Of a stretch of 64,000 nucleotides of DNA, positions 9,727-20,281 are shown in pieces (position 1 is the first letter of the stretch; every line of letters begins with the position of its first letter). Below the pieces are notes generated by a model, which saw only the letters and a list, made by a program, of their open reading frames with translations, made no database searches and was not told where the DNA came from. Origin of the DNA: Nitrosopumilus sp. (GTDB lineage Archaea > Thermoproteota > Nitrososphaeria > Nitrososphaerales > Nitrosopumilaceae); assembly GCA_965223425.1 (NCBI GenBank), contig OZ245003.1, forward strand, positions 2,176,001 through 2,240,000. Direction: 5' to 3'. The position numbers and the translations under genes are program-made.

Positions 9727-11406
9727 GTAACAATTCGGATTTCTGGAGTGAATTTTGGGGTGCCGAAAGAGATAAAGATCACGGCTAGAACACACATGTG
9801 ATGCCGGCGGAGTTTGATCCTACCCGCGTAGACTGGGACAACCAAGACACAAACTATCTCTTTAAGCATTTCAAATCAGTGTTTGATCAGGAGAGAAGAG
9901 AGAGAAAGTCGTTGGAAGAAAAAGTCAAGCAGCAAAATGATACAATCAAGCAGCAAAATGACACAATCAGGCAGCTGGAAGAAGAGAACAGGCAGCTAAG
10001 GACAGGATCCGCAACCCAAAAGCCGGCCAGGAAGGCAAGAAGCTACAATGTGAGAAAATTCAAGGAATATCCGCGGCCAAAAAGCGACAAAAATACCGGG
10101 ATGCGCGGCAGGGAACAGAAGACTGACATCCCAGTCACAGATCACAGGGACGCAGACATTTCATATTGTCCCGGATGCGGTCTCAGACTTGCAGACAGCA
10201 GTACCGATTACGACCGTGACATAACAGACATACAGGACGGCAGGGCGCGCCGCATCAGATGGAGCGTGGCGCGCCGCTACTGCAGGAACTGTAAAACGTC
10301 ACACTCCGCACGCATACCCGGCACCCTGTCCGGCTCTCAGTATGGAATCACGATAATCTCCCAGGTAGTGCTGATGCGTTGCATGGGCATACCGTTTGAA
10401 AGGATAACTGACCTATTTGACATGATATACGGGATACAAATCCCGGGTTCAACGCTGGTCTCCATGTGCGAAAAGGCGGCATGCCAGATGAGGCCCGTCT
10501 ACGACGGACTGCTTGCAGGGATGATTCACAGGGCTCGCGCCATATACGGGGACGAGACCGGATGGTTTCTCAACGGACTGCATTACTGGGTATGGGTTCT
10601 AGTCTCCACGCACGGCGTGATATACCACATATCATCGACGCGCAGCAAGCAGGTGGCAGAGGCACTGGCAGGTGAGTTTGACGGAATTGTAATATCGGAC
10701 TCGTATCTGGCATGGAGTGGAGTAGGCCTGCTACACCAAAAGTGCCTGCTGCACTATTTCAGGGACATGTACAAGACCCTGGAGGAGAGCTGCAGTAACG
10801 AGTTTGCCACATTCTTCAAGAGACTGCACGGCATACTCAAGGATGCCATAGACGCACGGGAAAAGTACGACAGTAATGCGGTTCCAGCAGACGTCACACA
10901 AAGGCTGCAGGACAGGATAGACGCGCTGGCACGGCAGTCATACGACGATGCGGACTGCCGGAGGTACGCAAAAAGGCTCAAAAGGGAGGGGGATCAGCTG
11001 CTGACGTTTCTAGAGCACGGCGTGGAATACCACAACAACAAAAGCGAGAGGGCCCTGAGGATGTTTGCCACCATGCGCAAGGTCAGCTACGGCAGCAGAT
11101 CCGAGAAGGGCATGTACATCACAGAGACGCTGGCAAGCATATACGCCACATGCAGGATGCGCGGTGCAAACCCGTACAGTTTTATCCTGGAATGCCTTGA
11201 CGGCCGCAGAACCGACGGGATTCCCATGGCTTGTCCGGACAAAGCTGCGGCAGTAAAGTGTGTCTGTGCCTAAAACGCCGCAACATCGCGCACACATGTA
11301 TGGGGCTGAGCGGCGTTTTTGCCGATTTTGAACTGTCACTATATAACGGGGCGTGATTTGTCTGTCAAAATAAATCCCCCACAACTCCACAAATCCGAAT
11401 AGTTAC
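9727..11406 (+). mobile_element. IS66-family single-ORF element (ISBst12-group-like)
   Basis: IR GTAAC(A/T)ATTCGGATTT; 8-bp TSD GCCTTGCG at 9719-9726 and 11407-11414. Confidence 0.92.
9798..11273 (+). CDS. IS66-family transposase (TnpC-like)
   Basis: Coiled coil, CPGCG...CRNC zinc finger, GDETGW, ISDSY, HQKCLLH, NNKSERALR. Confidence 0.92.
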   Translation: MMPAEFDPTRVDWDNQDTNYLFKHFKSVFDQERRERKSLEEKVKQQNDTIKQQNDTIRQLEEENRQLRTGSATQKPARKARSYNVRKFKEYPRPKSDKNTGMRGREQKTDIPVTDHRDADISYCPGCGLRLADSSTDYDRDITDIQDGRARRIRWSVARRYCRNCKTSHSARIPGTLSGSQYGITIISQVVLMRCMGIPFERITDLFDMIYGIQIPGSTLVSMCEKAACQMRPVYDGLLAGMIHRARAIYGDETGWFLNGLHYWVWVLVSTHGVIYHISSTRSKQVAEALAGEFDGIVISDSYLAWSGVGLLHQKCLLHYFRDMYKTLEESCSNEFATFFKRLHGILKDAIDAREKYDSNAVPADVTQRLQDRIDALARQSYDDADCRRYAKRLKREGDQLLTFLEHGVEYHNNKSERALRMFATMRKVSYGSRSEKGMYITETLASIYATCRMRGANPYSFILECLDGRRTDGIPMACPDKAAAVKCVCA

Positions 11407-12233
11407 GCCTTGCGGCGCACTCTAGACGGTTTAGCACCTCAAGGTTCCATCCTATTGTCTTGCACAGTCCAAACCGCCTTCTTGTGGATGTCTTTCTGAA
11501 CCTGCACAGCAGCCGGTGGCCCTCTGTCTCCTCTGCTCCAAATATTCCCTCTATCATGCCTCGTTTTTTGTAGATCTCCCCGTCAAACAGCCCTGCGGCC
11601 TTTTTCCTGAACTTTTTTGTTCTGTTCACGGCATTGCCCCTCTGCTTTATGTTCGGGGTCATGCCGGCACCAAAGACAAGCCTGCAGTTCCTATCAGAAT
11701 CATACCCCCTGTCTGCGTTGAACCTGCCTGCAAAGGCAATGCCTGTCTTTTTGATCTTCTTTAGCAGCGAGGCAAAGACTGTAGTGTCTGCCATCCTGTT
11801 GGATGTGATGCGGCAGGAGAGTATGACCTGCAGGCCCAGTACCGAGGCCACGTGCCATTTCAGGTATTTCTTTTGACGCTTTGCCTCCGGTTTGTGCCTG
11901 TTTCTGGCCTTTTTTTGCACCCTTTCATACCTGTCAGTGGCAACGCCGCTGCTGTCTGATGCCAGCGTGAGATCAGAGGCATCAAATCCTGCAAGGCACG
12001 ATGCTGCCGTGACGGCAATCATGTCCTCAAGCCACGCAACAGGAATCTTTTGCATGAACCTGGCAATGGTGCTGTGATCCGGCAGGGGTTCGTTCCACGG
12101 CATCCTCAGCAGGGCTGCAAGATTCTCCATGTCCCTGAATGTAAAGTCAAGGCACACCGTGAGTATGCAGAGAAATGCAAGCTTGTTTTTGTCATGTACC
12201 GGTTTGCGCCCCGCACCAGACCTTCTGGCATGT

Positions 12234-13602
12234 CAGTAGTTCCCAGATGTAGATTTACCGCAACCGCAACTGGCATCGGTTCTACTTGCCTCGATCATTG
12301 ACAAACAACTCGTTTCTGCTTGTAATGTACACGATAAACAACGCCATGGTGAGTTTTTTTCCCGCAGAAGACACTCTTCCATGCCTCTTTCCCGCATCAA
12401 GGCAGAACCTGGCAATCCTCCACAGGTTGTACAGCAGCAGCGGCAGGTAAAACATCAGCAGCCTCACAGACAGGGAGTTGCTGCATGTCCTGCCCATGAT
12501 CTCCTTTATGACGCGAAACCCCGTCTCGATGCCCCATCTCTTGCGGTACTGCTCCGGTATGATGCCTGTCATGGCTCTGGCGCTCCTGATGGGAATGTTT
12601 GTTGCAAACGCAATGTATTGCTCCTCCCCCTCCTCTTCCCCCTCCTTTTTCTTCTTCTTCTTCCTGTCTCTTTTGACAATTACAAGGTTGTAGGTCACAG
12701 TTACGCCGTCTTTGTTGGTCATTGACTGCTGCGATACCTGGCTTGCCTTTCCGTCCTTGTACATCTTGACTATCCTCTTGATCTTGGAGTTCATGATGAC
12801 AGGCATGATGTAGCGGCACCCGCCCTTTCCTGCCTCTGTCATGCAGTCAACGTTGTAAAAGGCGCGGTCGTACAGGAACACAGTCTTTGAGTGTGCGCCC
12901 CCTCTGAGGATTTTCGTGCGTGTTTTGGCTATAAAATCGGCCAGTTTTTCCTTTGCCGGCAGCAGCTGCGATTCCAGGACAATCTGCGAGGAGTCCCTGC
13001 CGACTCCGTGCACTGCGACATACGAGAGAAACGTGGATGTTCCTGCCCTTGGACGCGACTTTCTTGTATGCTCCTGCAGCTGCTCCCCATGGTATGGTAT
13101 GTCCGTAACGTCTATTGCAATGGCGTCGATGTCCTGCAGCATTCCTGCACGGCAGGCGTGCCGCACCGTGCGTGCTAATGTCTTTGCACACCAGGCCTGC
13201 ACGTCTGCCGGTTTGACGCCACGGACTGCAGACATGACCAGGTCTGCATCAGGCGTACGTGCACCCGTGTCTTGAAGCCTGTTGTGCCGTACGAGGGATT
13301 CTACAAACGTGTTTCTCTCAGACGCCTTGATTAGCACGTCCAGTATGTCATTGCATCCGTATACGGCGTTGTGCCTCTCAGACATTGGCATGCCAAGCTT
13401 TTGAAACGACGAGCGCAAGATTTTAAACCGGTTTGATGTTATATTGTACTGGCGTGCGATCAGTTCGTCATGTAATTCGACTTTCATGACATATTGCACG
13501 CCGTAGCCTAATCTGGATCTTTGCATTGCAGTTATGCGGTAACGCACCGGCATCTGGGCATAAACCTACATCTGGGCACAAATCTACATCTGGGAACTAC
13601 TG
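12234..13602 (-). mobile_element. ISH3-family IS
   Basis: 23-bp IR CAGTAGTTCCCAGATGTAGATTT; 4-bp TSD ATGT at 12230-12233 and 13603-13606; 18-bp subterminal repeats at 13551-13595. Confidence 0.92.
12282..13553 (-). CDS. ISH3-family transposase
   Basis: AIDVTDIPY, YDRAFY and YRKRWGIETGFR motifs. Confidence 0.92.
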   Translation of the reverse strand: MPVRYRITAMQRSRLGYGVQYVMKVELHDELIARQYNITSNRFKILRSSFQKLGMPMSERHNAVYGCNDILDVLIKASERNTFVESLVRHNRLQDTGARTPDADLVMSAVRGVKPADVQAWCAKTLARTVRHACRAGMLQDIDAIAIDVTDIPYHGEQLQEHTRKSRPRAGTSTFLSYVAVHGVGRDSSQIVLESQLLPAKEKLADFIAKTRTKILRGGAHSKTVFLYDRAFYNVDCMTEAGKGGCRYIMPVIMNSKIKRIVKMYKDGKASQVSQQSMTNKDGVTVTYNLVIVKRDRKKKKKKEGEEEGEEQYIAFATNIPIRSARAMTGIIPEQYRKRWGIETGFRVIKEIMGRTCSNSLSVRLLMFYLPLLLYNLWRIARFCLDAGKRHGRVSSAGKKLTMALFIVYITSRNELFVNDRGK

Positions 13603-13954
13603 ATGTACGGGACACGGATTTTTCACAATCAAAGAAACTATATGGGACGTGAGAAAATCCAGTTCTTGGGTGTGGGCATCGTGATAGTACTTCCAGTACT
13701 GATCACGTCTCTTATGACAATTCATTAGAGAACTCACATCCTCCCTGATCAATATGCGTGAAAAATCACAAAATTAGATCATTTGGTCGAATTTGGCGAC
13801 AACCCCAGTGGTTTCTATGATTATCTGAACTTACTGAAATTTGCTACAGATGCCACCGTTTCAGCCTGCCTGTGCCAAAAAGATGATCAGATTCACGGCG
13901 GGCAGGTCTTTCCTGCCTGTTGTCTGCGCCGTGCACGCCAGCATTGCCGGACGG

Positions 13955-16900
13955 CTATTGCGTCTGGTATATGTCGCCGTACTCCGCATCGCGCAGCTGC
14001 TCCATGAGCGCCGTGTGCCCTGCCATCTTTGCGGCAAACGCGTCGCACAGCCTGTTGTTGACGTCAGTGCAGGCAGTGCCGGTGCTGTGTGCGGGGCCCT
14101 CAAGGTAGTGCCACGTGCCGTACGAGTTTTTCGTCCAGGTGTAACCTAACTGGTCAGTCCACACGTCATTTATCTTGTCTGTCCGCACCAGCTCGTGGGT
14201 TATGATATCAGACTGGGAGGAGTACTTTGTCTGTAGCAGGATGACCATTGGCGGGTTAAGCGACTCCCCTGATATTGCCAGCCCGTCGTTCATGTAGTGG
14301 TTTGTGACGCGGCGCTTGGAGTCCACTGCCTGGATCATGAATGGCTCGTCGTATGTCTGCTCCAGGAACAGGACGCCAGATATCAGGACGGAGATGCAGT
14401 CGTAGTCGTTGTTGCTGTTGTTGTTGTTCTCCTCTCCTTTTGTGGCCGTCGTCGCTGCTGCTCCCGGCTTGACATCGGACATGCACGCCGCAGAATCAAC
14501 AGAGGCTGTGATGCCTGACGCGTCTATTACGGAGCTTGTGCTTCCGCGGCGGACATCATGCGATATTCCTGCCACCTCGTAGGTGGAGTCTGTGGTGTAG
14601 TTGCGTCCCAGATGGACGGTTATGGAGGCCTCTGCGTCAGAGAACGGGGATCCCACTGAGGGCACGCCAAAGCCTACTGCCACCCTGTCAAGGCCCTTTT
14701 CTGCGTATGCCTTTAGCGCAAAGTCGTGCGTGGAGCCGGTCCGTATCTCTGCGCGCTGATAGTCGACGTGGTATGCCAGCACGTCGTGGCACGACCCGTC
14801 CATGGAGTAGCCGCAGGAGACCAGCTTCTGGTTGGTGCTCCAAGAGTTTCCAAAGGTTGGGCGGGTCTTGTGCTCGTTGTCGTCATCGCTGGTGGTGTCA
14901 GGCGCAGAAAGGTTCAGGACAACCCGGAGGTATACGGTGTTGTTGTCTGAGTCAGTACACGAGTATAGGATGGACTGACTGTCTTCTGTGGTTGGATCAT
15001 ACAGGTTCTCATTCTCACTCACGGGCGTAATGTCGCCGTCCTCCGGGTCAGAGCACGTCACGCCCAGATCGGCAAGATCAAAGCCGGTATCGCGGTCCAG
15101 CGTGATGCTGTCAGGCCCGCTTGAGTCGGGGTTTACCGTATACGAGATGACGGGAGGCTCGTTGGGTGGAGGTGGCGTGGTGCCGTCCGGTGGCTGGTTT
15201 GTGTCAGTTATGGTCATGTTGTGCTGTGCAGAGCCTGTGGCGCCGTAGTCGTCAGTTACCTTCAGCGTGATGAGCAGAGAAGTGTCTTCTGCGACCTGGG
15301 GCGCCGTAAATGATGCAGTTTCCTGGTTGCCGCCGGTGATGGTTACTGCCGGGTTGCCGGCAGTCCAGTTGTATGATTGTATGGTGCCGTCAGTGTCAGC
15401 AGAGCCGGTCCCGTCAAGGGTTACCTGCGTTCCCTCTGCTGCCCGGGAAGGCGCGCTGATTGACGCAGTGGGGGGAACGTTGCCGTCCGGTGGTGGTGGT
15501 GGTGGCATTATCGCAGGTTCCGTAACAGTTACGGTCCTGGTTACCGGATCCGGGCTGTTGTACCCGTCTGAGCAGGCATACACCACATCGTACTGGCCTG
15601 CTGCATCCGTGTTCACCGCATCAAGGCCGCTGACTGTGACGGTAATGGGACGGCCAGAGTCAGTGCAGGTTGCCCCGTCATCTGTGTATGTGTCGCCCAC
15701 TGTCAGCGATACGGATGACAAGCCGTTAAGGGAAAGCACGGGTGTCACGGTATCCTCCACATGGACTGCTCTGGTCACGTTTTGCGCGGCAAGCCCGTGT
15801 TGGTCTGTACACGAGTAGGTGTACAAGTACGGAGCTAACGGGATCGTGTCTGTATCCACATTGGAGGAGTTGGTAAGCGTCACGTCATCGCCGTCAGGAT
15901 CGGCGCAGGCTGCCCCGGCATCTGTATACGTGACGTACCTTTCTGCAGTTGCAGGATCCTCGCCGTTTAGGGTGATTGTTGGGGGCCGGTTTACGTCATT
16001 TATGGTCATGGTGTGGTTTGCAGAGCCGGTAGCGCCGTCATCATCAGTTACCACCAGCTTGATGGCCAGCGTGGTGTCCTCTGTGACCGGGGGTGCCGTA
16101 AATGATGCTTCTGCCTTGTCAGCATCAGTTATTGTGATGGACGTGTTGTTGGCAGTCCACGCGTAGAGTGATATGGTGCCGTCATTATCTGTCGAGCCGG
16201 TTCCGTTAAGTGATACCGTTGCTCCCTCTGCTGCCCGGACAGGCGCGCTGATTCTCGCAGTCGGTGGGACGTTGACGTCCGGTAGCGTTGGCGTGACTGT
16301 TGAGGGCTGGTTTATTTCTGTGATCTGTAGGTCAACGGCCTCTGCTATCTTGTTGCCAGAAGCGTCGGCGACTGCGCCATGCCCTATGTCAAGCTGCGGC
16401 GGCGCGGGCGAGAGCTCCGAGTATGCCGTCTTTTGCGCGGAGTCTAGGGTGGCCGTGACGGTTTTACCCACGGTGGATCTTGTGGTTATATCAGAGAATG
16501 TTATGCCCGCCGTGTCTGAGCCTGTTGCGCGGATGTGGATCTTCGTGTAGTTAGTCTCAGTTGCAACCAGTTCCTCGCTGAATGTCATCGTTATGACGCC
16601 CGAGTCTTTGTTGTACGTGGCCGAAGAGAACAGAAGCGCCGCACTGTCAGACGTTGCATTGATGCTGTAGGACGGGCCTATGTTGTACTCGCTCACACGG
16701 TCGCGCAGACTGTCCATCATGAACATCTTGGTGCCGTCAGGCGAGAAGGCGATGTCTTCCGGCACGTTGTCCTGGTTTCGGACCCGGGTGGACTTGTCGC
16801 TGTAGGAGGCAGTGGTGATATCAAAGGCTGTGGAGAGCGCGTACTGGCGCACGGCGCCGAACTCATCGCCCAGCATGAACATCTTGGTGCCGTCAGGCGA

Positions 16901-19900
16901 GAAGGCGATGTTTGCCGGCAGATTGTCCTGGTCTCTGACCACTAAGAACTTGCTGCTGTAGGAGGCGGTGCTGATATCAAAGGCTGTGGAGAGCGCGTAC
17001 TGGCGCACGGCGTCGTGCTCAGTGCCCAGCATGAACATCTTGGTGCCGTCAGGCGAGAAGGCGATGCCTATCGGATCGTTGTCCTGGTCTTTGACCACTA
17101 AGAACTTGCTGCTGTAGGAGCCGGTGCTGACATCAAAGGGTGTGGAGAGCGCGTACTGGCGCACGGCGTCGTGCTGAGTGCCCATCATGAACATCTTGGT
17201 GCCGTCAGGCGAGAAGGCGATGCCTATCTGCGCGTTGTCCTGGCCTTCGACCACTAAGAACTTGCTGCTGTAGGAGGCGGTGCTGACATCAAAGGGTGTG
17301 GAGAGCGCGTACTGGCGCACGGCGCCGTGCTGAGTGCCCATCATGAACATCTTGGTGCCGTCAGGCGAGAAGGCGATGCCTATCGGCTTGTTGTCCTGTG
17401 ACGCGATGAAGGATCTCAAGAACGATGTGCCGTTGGTCAGGTCAAAGGGCTCCGTTATGAAGTTACCTGACCTGTCAGATATCGCGGTGGCGGCTATCTC
17501 TAGGTGCGGGCTGTTCATCGCGATGACTGCCTGTTTGTCTGCTTCTGCCAGCCTGAGGGTAATTGAGCTGGCGGTGACCCCGACAACGGAGTCGCCGGAC
17601 AGGGCCACGACACCCGTGGTGGATCCGGGCTCCCTTATGTATAACTTGAATTTGTTTAGGCTGGAGGAGTCAATGCTCTCGTTGAAGGTGAGGGTCAGTT
17701 GGCCGGTGTCCTTGTCTAGTCCTGCCGAGACCAACCTAGGCCTCATGGAATCCGTAACAGTTACAGTCTGGGTTACCGGATCCGCGCTGTTGTACCCGTC
17801 TGAGCAAGTATACACCACATTGTACTTGGCGGCAACAGCCGTGTTCACCGTATCGCCACTGACTGTGTGAACAATGGTATACTGAAGGCGAGTAAAGAAG
17901 GTGGAAGGTTCACCCAGACCGTCGAGAACGGGACGGCCCGAGTCAACGCATCTTGCCCCTTCCGGGTACGTGTCGCCCACTGCCACTGATACGGATGCCG
18001 AACCGTGAAGGGTAATCACAGGTTTTATGGTATCCACCACAGAGACTGATCTGACCACGTCTTGCGCGGCAAGCCCGTGTTGGTCCGTACACGAGTAGGT
18101 GTACGAGTATGGAGTGCCTGGGATTGTGTCCGTGTCCACAGTGGAGGTGCTGGTAAGCGTTGTATCATCGCCGTGAGGATCGGTGCAGACTGCCCCGGCA
18201 TCTTCATACTCGAAGTACCTTTCTGCCGTTGCAGGGTTGGTGCCGATCAGGGTGATTGTCGGGGGCCGGTTTTCTGTAGCCAAGATGCTGACTATCTGGA
18301 CGCCGTCGTCAACGTTTGCAGCTACCAGGGCGTAGGTGCTGGAGCCCATCTTTACCGTGGTGATGCCCAGTGCGCCGTCAAGCACGTCAAATCTCTCAGT
18401 TTTCCCGTCGACTGTGACGGTTTCCCCGTCAGTAATGGAGGCAGTCGGGAAGGGGGTTGTGGGATTGGTAATGTCGATTATCTGGACGCCGTCGTCAGCG
18501 TTTGCAGTTACCAGGGCGTAGGTGCTGTTGCCTATCTTTACCGTGGTGATGCCCCGTGCGCCGTTAAGCTCGTCAAATCTCTCAGTTTCCCCGTCAGTAA
18601 TGGAGGCAGTCGGGAAGGGGGTTGCGGGATTGGTAATGTCGATTATCTGGACGCCGTTGTCATCTTTTGCTGCAACCAGGGCGTAGGTACTGGAGTCTAT
18701 CTCTACCGTGGTAATGTCCCATGCGCCGTCAAGCTCGTCAAATGTCTTGTTTGTACCGCCGACTGGGACGGTTTCCCCGTCAGTAATGGAGGCAGTCGGG
18801 AAGGGGGTTGCGGGATTGGTAATGTTGATTATCTGGACGCCGTCGTCAGCGTTTGCAGCTACCAGGGCGTAGGTGCTGTTGCCTATCTTTACCGTGGTGA
18901 TGCCCAGTGCGCCGTCAAGCACGTCAAATGTCTTGTTTGTACCGCCGACTGGGACGGTTTTCCCGTCAGTAATGGAGGCAGTCGGGAAGGGGGTTGCGGG
19001 ATTGGTAATGTCGATTATCTGGACGCCGTCGTCAGCGTTTGCTGCAACCAGGGCGTAGGTACTGGAGTCTATCTCTACTGTGGTAATGTCCCATGCGCCG
19101 TCAAGCACGTCAAATGTCTTGTTTGTACCGCCGACTGGGACGGTTTCCCCGTCAGTAATGGAGGCAGTCGGGAAGGGGGTTGTGGGATTGGTAATGTCGA
19201 TTATCTGGACGCCGTCGTCACGGAATGATGAGACCAGGGCGTAGGTACTGGAGTCTATCTCTACCGTGGTGATGCCCCGTGCGCCGTCAAGCTCGTCAAA
19301 TGTCTTGTTTGTACCGCCGACTGGGACGGTTTCCCCGTCAGTAATGGAGGCAGTCGGGAAGGGGGTTGCGGGATTGGTAATGTCGATTATCTGGACGCCG
19401 TCGTCAGCGTTTGCTGCAACCAGGGCGTAGGTACTGGAGTCTATCTCTACCGTGGTGATGCCCCGTGCGCCGTCAAGCTCGTCAAATGTCTTGTTTGTAC
19501 CGCCGACTGGGACGGTTTCCCCGTCAGTAATGGAGGTGATCGGAGCAACGTCGAGGTACTGTAGTGGTTTTACGTCAGTTATGGTGATGTTTTCTACCTG
19601 AAATACAGGTGAGATGCCGTAAAACGGATGCGTGTCACTTTTTAGATCCTGTATAGGACTGGTGAGCGGGCCATTATCAGCATTGTTTGGAAGTCCAGCT
19701 CGCACCATGTCAGCGCCAAGGGGTGCGGTGCCGTGTTTTGTCCCATCTGCATTAGAACCAGTAAACACGGCTGATGTAGCATCAGAACCAAACAGGAATA
19801 CGTTTCCGTTCTCGTCCCGCGCGGATCTCTCCTCATTCCATGATCCGTCGTAAAAGTCCTGATAGTTGTCTGCCACCTTTGCGCCGCCTAGCCAGTAGAT

Positions 19901-20281
19901 TGGGGGGCCCTTGTCTGTACTGTTATAGGTGGTACCGGTGTGGTCGCGCGCACTGACTGCACCTGTACTGCCCACCACCTTGAATGACGAGCTGTGTTCT
20001 TGGATGTCTGTATGGCCTGCCGCTACGAGGCCTTGGATGTACGTGTCATATACTGTAATGTCAGTAGGTACGGCGTTGTGTTTAGTTGATGTCGCGATAA
20101 GCAGCCTGAACTGGTCCCCCTCACCAAGGCCCGAGGGTATCAGGCCCCAGTCTGTCGGAACAGACGTTGCATCCGTCGCAGCATCTGCAAGGGGGATGCA
20201 AAGTGGAATCAAAAGAACAAGTGCCGCTATTGCTACTGCTGTCGTTGTTGCAGGCAACGGCGGTTTTATCAATCGTTGCAA
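13955..20281 (-). CDS. Giant secreted/surface protein (2108 aa): signal peptide, lectin-like N-domain, LVIVD-type propeller, DUF5011/Ig-like, second propeller, PKD-like modules, C-terminal domain
   Basis: Hydrophobic N-terminal signal; seven ~62-aa repeats (YALVAA..DDGVQIIDITNP); 52-aa IAFSPDGTKMF repeats; PTITL.G...GA.C.D...Y.CTD Ig repeats. Confidence 0.9.
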   Translation of the reverse strand: MQRLIKPPLPATTTAVAIAALVLLIPLCIPLADAATDATSVPTDWGLIPSGLGEGDQFRLLIATSTKHNAVPTDITVYDTYIQGLVAAGHTDIQEHSSSFKVVGSTGAVSARDHTGTTYNSTDKGPPIYWLGGAKVADNYQDFYDGSWNEERSARDENGNVFLFGSDATSAVFTGSNADGTKHGTAPLGADMVRAGLPNNADNGPLTSPIQDLKSDTHPFYGISPVFQVENITITDVKPLQYLDVAPITSITDGETVPVGGTNKTFDELDGARGITTVEIDSSTYALVAANADDGVQIIDITNPATPFPTASITDGETVPVGGTNKTFDELDGARGITTVEIDSSTYALVSSFRDDGVQIIDITNPTTPFPTASITDGETVPVGGTNKTFDVLDGAWDITTVEIDSSTYALVAANADDGVQIIDITNPATPFPTASITDGKTVPVGGTNKTFDVLDGALGITTVKIGNSTYALVAANADDGVQIINITNPATPFPTASITDGETVPVGGTNKTFDELDGAWDITTVEIDSSTYALVAAKDDNGVQIIDITNPATPFPTASITDGETERFDELNGARGITTVKIGNSTYALVTANADDGVQIIDITNPTTPFPTASITDGETVTVDGKTERFDVLDGALGITTVKMGSSTYALVAANVDDGVQIVSILATENRPPTITLIGTNPATAERYFEYEDAGAVCTDPHGDDTTLTSTSTVDTDTIPGTPYSYTYSCTDQHGLAAQDVVRSVSVVDTIKPVITLHGSASVSVAVGDTYPEGARCVDSGRPVLDGLGEPSTFFTRLQYTIVHTVSGDTVNTAVAAKYNVVYTCSDGYNSADPVTQTVTVTDSMRPRLVSAGLDKDTGQLTLTFNESIDSSSLNKFKLYIREPGSTTGVVALSGDSVVGVTASSITLRLAEADKQAVIAMNSPHLEIAATAISDRSGNFITEPFDLTNGTSFLRSFIASQDNKPIGIAFSPDGTKMFMMGTQHGAVRQYALSTPFDVSTASYSSKFLVVEGQDNAQIGIAFSPDGTKMFMMGTQHDAVRQYALSTPFDVSTGSYSSKFLVVKDQDNDPIGIAFSPDGTKMFMLGTEHDAVRQYALSTAFDISTASYSSKFLVVRDQDNLPANIAFSPDGTKMFMLGDEFGAVRQYALSTAFDITTASYSDKSTRVRNQDNVPEDIAFSPDGTKMFMMDSLRDRVSEYNIGPSYSINATSDSAALLFSSATYNKDSGVITMTFSEELVATETNYTKIHIRATGSDTAGITFSDITTRSTVGKTVTATLDSAQKTAYSELSPAPPQLDIGHGAVADASGNKIAEAVDLQITEINQPSTVTPTLPDVNVPPTARISAPVRAAEGATVSLNGTGSTDNDGTISLYAWTANNTSITITDADKAEASFTAPPVTEDTTLAIKLVVTDDDGATGSANHTMTINDVNRPPTITLNGEDPATAERYVTYTDAGAACADPDGDDVTLTNSSNVDTDTIPLAPYLYTYSCTDQHGLAAQNVTRAVHVEDTVTPVLSLNGLSSVSLTVGDTYTDDGATCTDSGRPITVTVSGLDAVNTDAAGQYDVVYACSDGYNSPDPVTRTVTVTEPAIMPPPPPPDGNVPPTASISAPSRAAEGTQVTLDGTGSADTDGTIQSYNWTAGNPAVTITGGNQETASFTAPQVAEDTSLLITLKVTDDYGATGSAQHNMTITDTNQPPDGTTPPPPNEPPVISYTVNPDSSGPDSITLDRDTGFDLADLGVTCSDPEDGDITPVSENENLYDPTTEDSQSILYSCTDSDNNTVYLRVVLNLSAPDTTSDDDNEHKTRPTFGNSWSTNQKLVSCGYSMDGSCHDVLAYHVDYQRAEIRTGSTHDFALKAYAEKGLDRVAVGFGVPSVGSPFSDAEASITVHLGRNYTTDSTYEVAGISHDVRRGSTSSVIDASGITASVDSAACMSDVKPGAAATTATKGEENNNNSNNDYDCISVLISGVLFLEQTYDEPFMIQAVDSKRRVTNHYMNDGLAISGESLNPPMVILLQTKYSSQSDIITHELVRTDKINDVWTDQLGYTWTKNSYGTWHYLEGPAHSTGTACTDVNNRLCDAFAAKMAGHTALMEQLRDAEYGDIYQTQ
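16678..17397 (-). repeat. About 4.5 x 156-bp tandem coding repeat (beta-propeller blades)
   Basis: Near-identical ATGAACATCTTGGTGCCGTCAGGCGAGAAGGCGATG units every 156 bp. Confidence 0.9.
18285..19545 (-). repeat. 7 x ~186-bp tandem coding repeat (LVIVD-like blades)
   Basis: Near-identical units; one carries an in-frame 8-aa shortening. Confidence 0.9.

Larger units (their letters stand above)
9693..13737 (-). pseudogene. IS5-family DDE transposase interrupted twice (core 11407-12233)
   Basis: PDHSTI, DSSG, ADRGYDS and YKKRGMIEGIFG motifs; removing both nested IS plus one TSD each restores one frame ending AARRNIQVVAA*. Confidence 0.85.
9672..13806 (-). mobile_element. IS5-like element hosting two nested IS
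   Basis: 18-bp perfect IR GGGGTTGTCGCCAAATTC; 9-bp TSD AGTGGTTTC at 9663-9671 and 13807-13815. Confidence 0.9.

Noticed and set aside
9727-11406. Nested IS66 as the cognate transposase of the 9618..20856 element
   Set aside because: Its IR (GTAACAATTCGGATTT) differs from the outer TIR and it has its own TSD inside the IS5 gene
13955-20281. Many long antisense or alternate-frame ORFs over the giant genes and IS elements (e.g. 18062..19228 +, 47861..48706 +)
   Set aside because: Shadow ORFs of GC-rich repetitive coding DNA with no recognisable motifs
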